Both the position numbers and the translations under genes were made by a program. From Phoronis australis (taxonomy: Eukaryota > Animalia > Phoronida): 64,000 nucleotides of DNA. The notes under the pieces were generated by a model, which saw nothing but the letters and a program-made list of their open reading frames with translations, did not search any database and was not told the DNA's origin. The stretch spans positions 389,588 to 453,587 of the forward strand of contig NMRA01000271.1 of assembly GCA_002633005.1 (NCBI GenBank), given 5' to 3'. Positions 38,401 through 50,400 of this stretch are shown piece by piece; position 1 is the stretch's first letter; each line of letters begins with the position of its first letter.

Positions 38401-41400
38401 TGCTTTTAGCATGGTTTGTATGACGTAGCTAATAGAAAACATCTTTTGTTAAAATTTTGTGCATTTACAACTTACAATATTATAGTACACATAAACCTTA
38501 GTTTGGAAAATATAAATTTAGCAATATTAGCAATTATTATTTTTCTCCCAAATTCAACAATTTTTACTGTAATATGTAAAGGACAGGAGGGTAAAAATCA
38601 TTTGTTTGCGAAAAGATGAGTTGACATTGTTTTTGCCGATTGCTTGTGATTCATTTCTTTTAATTTTATATGTGATGTGAAAAATGATGATTTTGATAAA
38701 TTCAACGTAAGTCTGTGGAATCGCTGTCTAACGTGAGAGACAAGTTATGTGCGAAGTGTTATGGCTTGTTTCTGTACTGCACAGTACCATGTTTTTTAAG
38801 GGACGAGAAATTTAGTGAATTTTTGAGATCAGCCATGGGGCAGAATCGATCCTGCAATGCCCGCAGATGCAGTCTAACAATCTGCCAGCAGAGCTAAATC
38901 CAATTCGATAAATGGCAGAGTATTTTAAGCATTATTTAATTGTTATAGTCACTAACTGGCCTTGGTTTCAGCGAATATCTGGCAGTTGACTCTGAGAATT
39001 GACAATTTGTTATAAAATCACAAAAAAACAATGGATTTTGTTGTTTTATAGCTCTTGTCAAAGCTAATAACTTCACAAGTAACAATAGTCCCAAAATTGT
39101 TTTTGGCTGCAAAATCGATGATGTGCCTTTAATCCATTTTGTGCAGTGCTTGTCGCGTGATAGCTTTTGTGATTATCAAGTAGTAGTACTAAACACATTG
39201 GGGAATGCCGTGTGTAATCAGAATACATATCCTAAGAGTTTGCTTTGAAATTTCAGAACATTATTAATGAATGCTGACCTGATTCTCAGCTACGGCAGGC
39301 GATATGGATTCGTAGGAAGGAACGGATTAGGGAAAACTACTCTGTTAAAAATGATAGCGCAGTAAGTACTAGTTGGAATAACGATCTCAGTGCAGAGACT
39401 CTTTTACAGCAGTAGTCTTTGAAATAAGGGAGGATCCAGTGTGGCTTAGTGGTTTGAGCCCCCGATTCCTGTTAAGGGGGCCTTGGTTCGGAATCCTGGC
39501 TTCACTGGCTGACAATCGAGCATTGCACGAAGGTGTCCCCTATTCCTCTGAGCTCGGTCTTACTATTGAATGTATGGAAGGAAGTGAATGAGAGCCTGGA
39601 TATAACGCGAAAGCGATCTCTGGGGCTGTACTTGTATTTTAAAAGAAATGAGTGCCTTTGCAATTCACCTTCACAAAGAAAATCAAAGATGAAATTTCTA
39701 AATGAAGCCTGTTTAAGCTCTTACATTTCGGTGGTAGTAGAAGCCATGAAGACGGATATCAGTGCTGACCTCTAGCAGGTTTATTGATCTTAATATTATG
39801 GCAAACATTATCGACAAGTTTGTATTCAGCCAAATGGCGGTGACAGTCCCTTATGAGGTACCCGCATTTTGAGAACCAGTTCGACGCCTGTTAGTCAGTG
39901 GAGAAAACTTGTTCTCAAAATGAAGACTTAACTAGAGATTTTTTTAACTCTGCGGATGTAGAGTTTTCTCTGAAAGAAGAAGGTGTGTAAAATTCAAATT
40001 TCGGTTTTGTACCGATCTGGCGTTGATTGGGTCGCGTGATTGCGTCTTTTCTAGGCGTAACCTGCGTATCCCCTCTCACATTTCGGTGCTACACGTTGAA
40101 CAAGAGGTCGACGGTGATGACACGTTAGCTGTGCAAAGTGTTTTAGAATGTCACAAACTGAGGGAGGCATTACTTACTGAGGAACGGCAAATAACCGCTC
40201 GGTTGCAGTCGTCCAGGTAGGAGCAAAGTTGAATTGAAGCCTTTTCTTCTTGAGCGGGATTGACAATAAATATCAAGTGATAATTATCCAAGAAACAATT
40301 CTCGTTTATGACCTCGTTAACAATGAGAAGTGAATAATAAGCAACTGTCATTATGTATACAATCCATGCGTTTTGTTTTGCTTTACTCTTAAAGTGGAAC
40401 TTGCACGCTTAATAGTCCTTTTTCTCTATGTGACTTTGAAGTAGGTTGAAAATTGCCAAATGTTTTTAAGAGCGAGTTTTGTGTCGAAAAAGATCCGCCG
40501 TAAATGACTTAACCAGTTCCTGTAAGACTGCATCATGTGGGCTATGTGAGCCCCTAAGGTATGCCATTAATTCTTTGCAGAATTTCTTGTTTTCTCAATT
40601 ACAAGTTGTCAATGAATACAACTGGGCTTAGTTCAGTGTAGATTATGTTAAAAAACATTCTTGTCATTTAGTTCCTGGTATACATTAGCATAATTAGGAG
40701 CATGCATCTTCAGGGACAGGTTATAGGCCAACATAGACGTGCTGTGATTTTGACGTGGGTCTGTGTTATTCTTTAATATGTTGCTGACAATGTATTAAGC
40801 TTAAAACCAAGCATTTGGGATTATAACTCTTCCAGGATAGGTTGCCAATTCTATGTTGCTTTCAACTATTGAAGTTGAAATATTTTCAATAATAAAAGCA
40901 TGAAAATTTTGAGAAAACAGATCAAGTTTGAGTCTATTATTACTGGAATGAAAACTTACAAAAATTAGCGACGTTGCATCTGCATCTCACGGACTTGTGA
41001 TGTTTTCATTATTCTGGCCAATTTTCCCTAATTTTTGTTGGTTTTTACACCAGTATTAGACTCAAACTGGATCTATTTTCAATGATCTTTCTCAGCTTTT
41101 TGATATTTCTCATCGAATATTTTTGATAGATACATTTCATCAAAACCCTGAAAGGGCATTAAGTTTTTTAAAGAAAATGTAGAAGTGGTATTACTTCAGA
41201 ATGTAAACTATGTCAAAAAACTATTTTCTTCTGGAGTATATTGCAGTGGAGATTATAATCAAATCTGTTGTCTTCGAGGCAACCTGTCTGCTTACAAGCC
41301 AGGCATATGGTAGAAGTTGATTTGAGCTATCAAAGGTGGTTGAAGGACAATCCATGATTGACATGAAGTATCTTTTTGGCGTTGTTTAACTTGCCAATGC

Positions 41401-44400
41401 AACAAATAATCTGTTAGGGTAGGAAAATCATTCTGGAAGGGCTCGAATCAAACTTTGTGTTAGTAATGAGCTCAAAGTAAACCTTCCCCGTTGAATGCTC
41501 GCGGCTAATAATTTGTCGGAGCTCCAAGTGTCACTATTAACTATTGTGTGCATGTTTCAGTCCTGATGATTCCAACTCCAGTACACGTCTCAATGAAGTT
41601 TATCGGCAATTAGAAGCCATCGAGGCAGACAAAGCCCCCGCCAAGGCAGCCATGATCCTTGCTGGACTGGGATTTACACCACAGATGCAGGCAATGAAAA
41701 CAAGGTCAGTAGTCTCTGCAGCCAATGGGACTTGCTTCCCACTTACCATGGAATAACTGGGAAACTTGGAAAATGACAAAAAGTGTTTGCTTTCTTGGAA
41801 TAAAGGCAAAAATGAAATGAAAATTGTATCCTGGGAAACATGTGGAAACTCGTAGAAAACGAAAAACAATATGCAAGATCATGGCTTTATCAGCGCTGGT
41901 GATTTTGTATAGTTTCTCTAAAGAGGGTCTGCATTTGTTGAGTTGTGGAATAGACAAGGGTCACTAAATAAGTACGTAAGGTGGCTGAATCACGGCTGTT
42001 AACCTGTGTATGGCGTTTCTCTCTAAGAGGTTGTGGTGGTCTCTCTACAACATGAGGTGACTGAATCATCGTTACAAACTCCTACGTGGTTTCTCTCTAA
42101 AAGACTTTGTAGCTAATGCAGTGGTGGTCGCTACACCCTGCGAGGTGGTTTGTTCAGCTCTGCTGCAACTTGTATGGCTTCTCTTTGTCGGATAATTTAT
42201 ACTTTGTTAGCTTTGGAATGGGCAGTAGTCAGTGCACTTTGCGAGATGGCTTGTGTATGGTTTCTCTCTGAGAGGATCAAGTGGTAATGAGCTGCGGTAG
42301 CTTTAATATACAAGCTCACTACATTTCCTCTTTTTTGTTTTGATTTCCTCATATTTGATTTCCAAATTCTTCTTTTTCGTCTATTTTATCGTTACTTTGT
42401 CTTAAATATTTGTGCAAAATGCTTATTTCACTTAAATTTTACAACACAAAATATATTTCTATCATGCAAGTCTATTTATGTGTGGAATGATACAACACCT
42501 GCAAAATTTTCCTCTTGTTTGTCATTGGCCTTCCAAGCCCTGTTCTTAGTGCCTCACTATGGCATTAGGATGCATCATAAATTTTTATGACTGCATCAAA
42601 TGTGTCTTTGGAACATCTCAAAGTTGTGATTCGTTTTTGGATATCTTGTGCATTGGGCTGTTGTACTTTGATTGTTTGTTTTTATTGCAGGGAATTTTCA
42701 GGAGGCTGGAGAATGAGGTTGGCATTGGCTAGAGCTCTCTTTACACAGTAAGTCGAAGTAAGGCTAGGGTTGGCTAGAGCCCTGTTTACACAGTAAGTCG
42801 AAGTAAGGCTAGCGTTGGCTAGAGCTCTATTTACACTGTAAGTCAAAGTAAGGTTGGTATTGGCTAGAGCCCTGTTTACACAGTAAGTCGAAGTAAGGTT
42901 TGCTTTGACTTGAGCTCTATTTACACTGTAAGTCAAAATAAGGCTAGCATTGGCTAGATCCCTGTTTACACAGTAAGTTGAAGTAAGGTTTGCTTTGACT
43001 TGAGCTCTATTTACACTGTAAGTCAAAATAAGGCTAGCATTGGCTAGAGCCCTGTTTACACAGTAAGTTGAAGTAAGGTTGACTTTGGCTTGAACTCTAT
43101 TTACACTGTAAGTCAAAGTAAGGTTGGTATTGGCTAGAGCCCTGTTTACAAAGTAAGTTGATGTAAGGTTGACTTTGGCTTGAACTCTATTTACACTGTA
43201 AGTCAAAGTAAGGTTGGTATTGGCTAGAGCCCTGTTTACAAAGTAAGTTGATGTAAGGTTGGCTTTGGCCAGAGCTCTATTAGTCAAAGGTTGGCATTAG
43301 CTATATCTCTCATTGAGTTCGTGCTTTGTCGTCTGATTGTGCTCTTGTGTTGTATTTTAGGACTAAAGTTTGTTAGGTCTAAGACAGACTACTCAACATT
43401 GTATTTTTTTCCCAAGACTGCACATGTGTACAGTGAGGATACATAGTAAATCTTGTTTTAATTAATGTCATGAAGGGTTTACAAATGGACTAAGTAAATC
43501 ATAAAACACAAGTGAGATGAGGCAGCTTAAAACTCAGAAAGGAATTTAATTTAAAATTTCGAATGCTGACTTTATGTTCTTTTTATTTTAGGCCTGACCT
43601 GCTCTTGCTCGATGGTGAGTAAAAATCTTCAGTCTAAATGAACAGATACATTTTGTATGTAAACAAAATAATCTTCTTAAAAGAGTTTCGAATGACGTTT
43701 CAGTTAATTATGTAAATGTTTTATTATGTGCAGGACAATGATGAAGTGCACAAATGTTTTGCGTATGAGCCGTGGTATCGCAGCATACGGTGGTGTTGGT
43801 AGATTTTGCCTCAGTTTTTCTGTCCGAAACCCCAAATTATTACTGTTTACTTAGTTTTTTGACTTCTTTTATTGTTTTCTCTTGTATTTCAGAACCTACA
43901 AACATGTTGGACATGAAAGCTATCATTTGGTTAGAGAATTATTTGCAAGTGAGTTCAGAACAGTTATCATATCATTGTCGCCGTTGTTAAACCTACGGTA
44001 AATTTTTAACAATTTTGGTCTAAAATAAGTGCCAAAGTTGCACTTTTTCATTTTTCAGGGGCTTCTAAAATAGTTGTGAATGCCCACAACTTTTGAAAAT
44101 ATTGCCTTATGGCAGCAGTGGTCCAGAAGTTGGCTGTGGCAAAGCTTCGTACTGGTATAATTGTTTATGAAAACTGAGCAAATGAAATTTCACTTCTCTG
44201 CCGTCTAGTGCCCTGTATTGATGAGATTTTATTGTGTATCTCTTTGTTGTATTCCGCAAGAGCGGTATTTTGTCCCAATTAAATGTATGCTTCAAATACT
44301 ACGTTTCATAATTTATCAGAAACTAATGAATTATTGTGTCCATTTAGAAGAACGCCCACGTTGGCTTATACCAATGGGTGTGGTGGGGCATGACGCGATT

Positions 44401-47400
44401 GTGTATTATAATGCTGCGGATCAGGGTGCGCTCCTTCTAACCGCTTTCACACCAAGAAAACTGTCTATTCCACTTTTTCTCAGCCGTTCCAAGAATGCAA
44501 TGATTATTATACCCAAGTTGACCTGCCAGGTGCTACGCTTTATACACTGTTCTATAAATGGCTGTTAGGAACTGGTTTTAAAATGATTCACTTTTGCGTG
44601 AGGAGCTGTATAAAATACAGCGTTTGTTGTTTTCGTGAAAAAAAGTAAAAGTTGAATGAAATGAAAACAAAATGATTAGAAACAGGAACGGCATTTTTGA
44701 GATTTCATCTTGAACATAACGTCACACATATTTTGGTCTTGTTAGTGTANTTAAAAGAGATGTTAAGTAGTACTGAGTGTACTGTTCAGGCTCACTGTCA
44801 AAAGCTGGTAAAGCCACGTTTCTTTTTCAGAAATTCATTGACAGATTCCGATACAACGCAAACAGGGCGTCGCAAGTACAGAGCAAACTGAAACTTTTAG
44901 AAAAACTGTAAGTTTTAACGTGTTTATTTGTTTCCTTCCTGGAATATATATCCTCAGACTTAGTCTGTGAGCCTTCACTAAAAATTTCGACTTGTTGTAA
45001 CGTTTCCCAAATTGAATAGTGTCTGCAACTGTCAAACAAACACGTGCCCTTATGGGAAGCAGGACGTATTTCGTTTTTGCTTGTTATGGCTTTCCAGCAA
45101 AGTAAACTGAAAGCATTCAGTCCAAGAGATCAACACTTCATTTAGGTCACTTACTGCTGTCAGGCTTGGAATTTTCCTCTTTTGAGACAATTTCCTCTTT
45201 TTTGGTTTCAATTTCCTCCTACTTGGTTTCGAGTTTCCTCTTTCTTCGTCTCTTTTTTTATCATTATTTTGACTTTATTCGTGCAAAAACGTTTATGTCA
45301 CTCAGTTGAATTTTGCCACTCAAAAAATATTTTTATGACACAGGCCTATTTACACCTGGAAATTTTCGCTCCTTTTTGTCATTGGTCATTCCAAGCCTTG
45401 TGCTATAAAACTGGTATCATCTTCTTCCTTGCTCGGATGAGAAGGGGTTTCTAGGCTTACAAACAACTGACAATCGACCTATTGCAAGCTCCGTCCCCAT
45501 GCAAAAAGTCGACAAATAAACATTGAAGACAATAAGTTTTACCTGACTGTGTGTTGTTTGTAGGGGTAAAATGGTAGCTTGGAAAGGAAGGTGTGTCAAA
45601 AATGCTGTGTTCTGATTGGTCAGTTAAGCTGTCACTCAAAATCCTGGCAATAGGTCAGTTTGAAACAAGCCAACGTTCAGAACCTGGTCTTCAGCAATGA
45701 GGAAATTTTAGTTATTTTGAACCTCTGAATCACTTGGTGATTAATGAACAATGCGAGGCCTGTTTCATAGTTGGTGTTTGTAATGGAATGCAGTTTTATT
45801 GCTGCGTTAACCATAAACCCTCCTTAATAAGCCGAGTGGTCTTCATTTTGTGTCAAAGTCGCTGTGCATATTTTGTTTCTGGACCCAGGCTTGTATTTGG
45901 GGAACTGAAGGTAAAAATGCACCAGTTTCCAAGTTGTGTCCTGGGAGAAAATACTGGCACGGAGCTTTCTGTTACGAACTTGGTTAGACGTTGCTGCTGA
46001 TTGGTTATCGTAGAATTTATTAAAAAGCAGGCGTGCGTCATTCTTAGCACAAATAACGCAGTTGAGAACAATGCATTCAGGTTGACAGGATTTGTCCAAT
46101 GTCCATTAAAGTTCTACTGTTTGTTGGAAAAACGAAGTTGTCAGTTTTATCAAAATTTGTTTGCTCCTGATTGAGACTACATTATCTGACGTTTCAATTT
46201 TCAACTACTGCATGTTTATTGAATTCAGAAAAAGATAGTGATAGTTGCCCAGGGCCCTGTTTCTTGAAGGGACTACTGGCTTTTGTTGTTTGACTTCCGC
46301 CAAAAGTAATAAATCTGACCACGAAAGCCAAAAGTCAATTTTTTGTCTTTCGCATTTCTCGAAACATTTTGTCTTGTGTCTATTCGAGCAGACTACGGAT
46401 ATCTGTCTTGTGGCTTCGAGTTGTGGACAGATTTTTCTAGCTTTCAGCCTTAGCTTGATTTTCCTGAAAGGGACAAAAGCCTATAGTCTCTTCGAGAAAC
46501 AGGTCTCATGTGACACCTAGTGCCAAACATTTTGGTATACCTGTTTCAGACCGGAATTGAAGCCTGTTGAGAAGGAGTCGGAAGTGATTTGGAGATTCCC
46601 CGAGGCAGAAACTCTGTCACCGCCCATATTACAGTTGGACGAACTAGAATTCTACTATACCAAAGAGCAGTCTATATTTAGGAACGTCTGTGTCTCAGCC
46701 AGCATGGACTCAAGAATTTGCATAGTGAGTATATCACCCGTAACACTGCACACGGTTAAGAATAGGCCCGTCCTGAATTAGCACAGTGCCATTCTCATTC
46801 ACAATGCAACACACGTCAAGCACTTGTCTTTATTGTTCACAATCATGCAAAATGTACTCTAGGCTAATTATTGTGTAATTCATTACTGTAATGTAGGTAA
46901 ACTTGTATTACTAACTGCATTTTGAATTGCAATGCTGACATCTAGAAATTGGCGAAAAGGTCAAAGGTCAGTGCTGTGTGCACAGTTTGTTGTTCTTTCC
47001 TGACTTGTTAATCAATGGAAGGGAGTCATGTATTCAGAAAAGTAGGTCAGTCATGCTTTCTATTTTTCTACCTCCTCGAGAGCGGAAAGTCAAGTCAGGG
47101 CGGGCCTATTGTCAATGAGATCTGGTGTTTATAATTTCCTACACGTCCCTGTTCTGTCATTTGTGTGCAAATGCAGGTATTATATTCATCATGATCTGGT
47201 TGCATAAAAGTTACGTGCTGGACAACAACAATGTGGACGCGTTGTCACACACAATGTTGTTATTCTGGAACAATGCAATTATCATCATGCAACAGCTGAG
47301 TTATCAAGTTGATGAATTATAAAGTTTAATGCAACTCTGCTCAGATGTGAGTGGACAGGTGATCTCTGCTTTTCCTTGCTGTGAAGTTCAGTTATAGAAG

Positions 47401-50400
47401 CCTTACATCGTCTTATTCTATGCTTTCACGACTTGTATTGTTTTTGCATTATGGTGGCTCATGAATCTCATTCAGTATGGTGCAGGGCCCTCATAATCCA
47501 CTGTCGTGCATGTAAATAGAAACCATTGATTTAAAAAATAGTCAGTGCAATTTCACCACCTGCATGTCGGCTGAATTATTGTTTCTGCTCACTTGTTAAA
47601 ATTGCATTTTGCCTTGTTTAGCTGGATTAAAGTGGAACTGGCATGCTAAATCCTTATCTCTGTGATTGTGTAGAAAATTTGGTGACGACCGGGACTTGAA
47701 CCCGGGTTGCACGAGCGACAGTCAAGCATCTAAACCATTCGGCCAAGAGGCAATTGCCACTTGGCAAGCGGCTTAGAGAGGCTTTTATCTGACTGTACGT
47801 GCCGTGACAACCAGAAGTCACGCTTCACAATACTTGCTTGGTCAAATTAGTTAGGAACACATGACATAGTGACGGTGTGAACGTGAAGTACATTGACAAT
47901 TGCAAAATGTTTTTAAGTACGGTTTTTGTGTTGAAAATGATCCACCGTAAGCCACTCAACCTTCTCTAGTAAGTATCATGACGTGGTGTTGGGAAATAAC
48001 ACTGCATGGTGGTTGCTATGTGAGCCCCCAGGGCACGTCATTAGTGCAAAGGTCACCTCTATACAGATTTTTTTGTTTTTACATTTATAAGTTGTCAGTG
48101 AATACATACTGCACTTTGTTTAGCGTAGGTGATGTTCAAACAGCATTGTCGTTTATTTCCTGCTATACATTAGCATAGTTAGGAGCATGCAAATACATCT
48201 TTAAAACAAAAGTCGAATGGGGTCTATACTCTTAATAACTAGGACTCATAATAGTCCTTAATTAAAAAGGATTCTGGTTCCCATAACAACAAAAACGCCA
48301 AAATCATCGGCGACTCAACAAAATGTTTCAGAGTTCATTGGGGTTGGTCAAGTCTAAAATTCAAAAATGCCACGTGTATGCATTCCCTGCGATTTGAGTT
48401 GCGGGCACATGCGGCAACAATTCAGGATCGGATGAGCTTTGCAATTCATTTAAACCTCAAAGCGATTCCGTTAAGTAAAAAGCATTGATGGCTAAACAGT
48501 TGCGAAATGCAGCTTTAGAGAAATACTCCCATTGTTATCTATCCATCGTGTTAACAAACGTCACATCTGCACACTTGTGGAGGATACTATTACGCAATGG
48601 CTATCAAAATAAGTTGACGTGTAAATTCTGTCATGTAACATCTGTTATGCCACTTCCACTGCCTAGCATCTGCTGCAGTCTCTAACGGACAGTTGTGAAA
48701 ACTGTGGGCCCAGTCTTCAGTCTTTCGGAATCGTAAGTTTAAAACTGAATTTCCTTACCAGTAAGTGACCATCAAACCAAACGTTGGCCGCTTTCTGTTG
48801 AAAAACCATAAGTTGGCGTGATTTTCATTACCATGGTAAACAATCAAAGCATTGACATGTCAGTAACATGTCAGAAAATCAAAGGGCTGGACAGCCATTC
48901 CAAAATTTGACCACTTCAATTCAGTTACAAGTTATCTCTCAGTTCCAAATGAATGTTGAAATCTATACCTTCAAAGCAAGAAAATTTGTATATCTATTTT
49001 GGTGAGCTTAATTGCCATATTTTTGTGTTTAAGCAGTATCTGTAAAAAAAGTACATCTTGACTTTAAGATGTAGTAATGTGATTTTGCATGCTTTTCATC
49101 CTCTTATCGTTTGCGTGGTTTCAAGACTAGCAAAGTGGGATTTGCAGTGGGTTTCAGCGCTCGAAATAGGCGCTGGCCCGGTGTCCTGGGGCTTGTGGAT
49201 TTGCGGCCGGGCCATTATATTTTCAGACTAATTGTCCCGGCGGCCAGCACATTTGTTTGCTGAAGTTCGAACACTGGTCGGTTTTATTGGGAATAAAGGC
49301 CATCATATCATTCTTTCCTTTCCCATCTTGAGAGTGACATTTGCTGAGACATGGACTTGCATGCACTACATCTCATTGTAAATAACAGTCATCATGTTAT
49401 GTCTTCAAAGGTGGGCGAAAATGGTGCTGGTAAGACGACGCTGCTCAAGCTGTTGTTAGGTGACCTATCACCAGTGAGCGGACTGCGGCACGTCCATCGT
49501 AACTTGAGAATTGGTTACTTCACACAGCATCACGTGGATCAGTTGGACATGTCTGGATCCTCCGTTGATCTCCTGGCAAGCAGGTTCCCTGGTAATGCTT
49601 TAGTTGGGGGCAGGTGATTAGTGCCGTTGCTGGCAAACTAAGTTCAGGCTGCTTATTTATGCAGTGAAAGTAGGACATTTTTGCGAAATGTCACAAATAC
49701 GTTCAACTTTTATCAAGTTGTCTGTATTTAGTCAAATATCTGCAAAACTTAAGAATTTAAGTCATCGACTGGAAAAATAAATATTTTCTGAAAGCAAGGA
49801 GCCTGTAAAATTGATTCCTGTTTAATAGGTCACATGGCTGTGTATTTGCAGTAAAATTTATGGAAAAAGAAACGTACTTTGACTGCAAAGCAACGGTATT
49901 AATATGATGACCGAATTCTATTTGGTATAAATGATTCAAACAAAATTTCAGAAACGATGTACATTTGTATGCATGAAAATCGCAAATGTCCAATTTTTTA
50001 TAACCCTTATACATAAGTGTAACTTTTTAAAACAGTTCCCAGTACCGTTTTGGAGCACAGTGCATAAAGCAAAATATCTGAAAGTTTTATTTATATTTGA
50101 TCGGCCATTTCTGGGAAACGATGTTCCACCGTTTTTGAAAGGGTCAAAATATCATTTCACAGGTTGTTAATTGTGTAGTGTTCAGAAAACACAAAATTGT
50201 TAGGGAATGGAATGTATGTGACCCAGAAAACGGACACTGGAATAACTGAAAACGAGACAAATTACAGTGATTTTAATAACTAATCGTTATAACTGATAGG
50301 TGGCACCACAATTGTATTTTGTGGAATGCTTTTATTATGCCGTATTGTAGTGCAGTTTGGTGGAGCTTTGATTTCACTGAATTGAAATGTTTTCCAATCG

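Noticed and set aside
42716-43255. CRISPR-like regular repeats
   Set aside because: Contiguous tandem units with no unique spacers, no cas genes, and a eukaryotic intron context
42682-43287. 201-aa antisense ORF of repeated 15-aa units
   Set aside because: A by-product of the 45-bp minisatellite being stop-free on the minus strand; no clear start or homology
47680-47751. Functional tRNA-Asp gene
   Set aside because: Acceptor and anticodon stems pair poorly, CCA is encoded, and it sits in an insertion within a MITE
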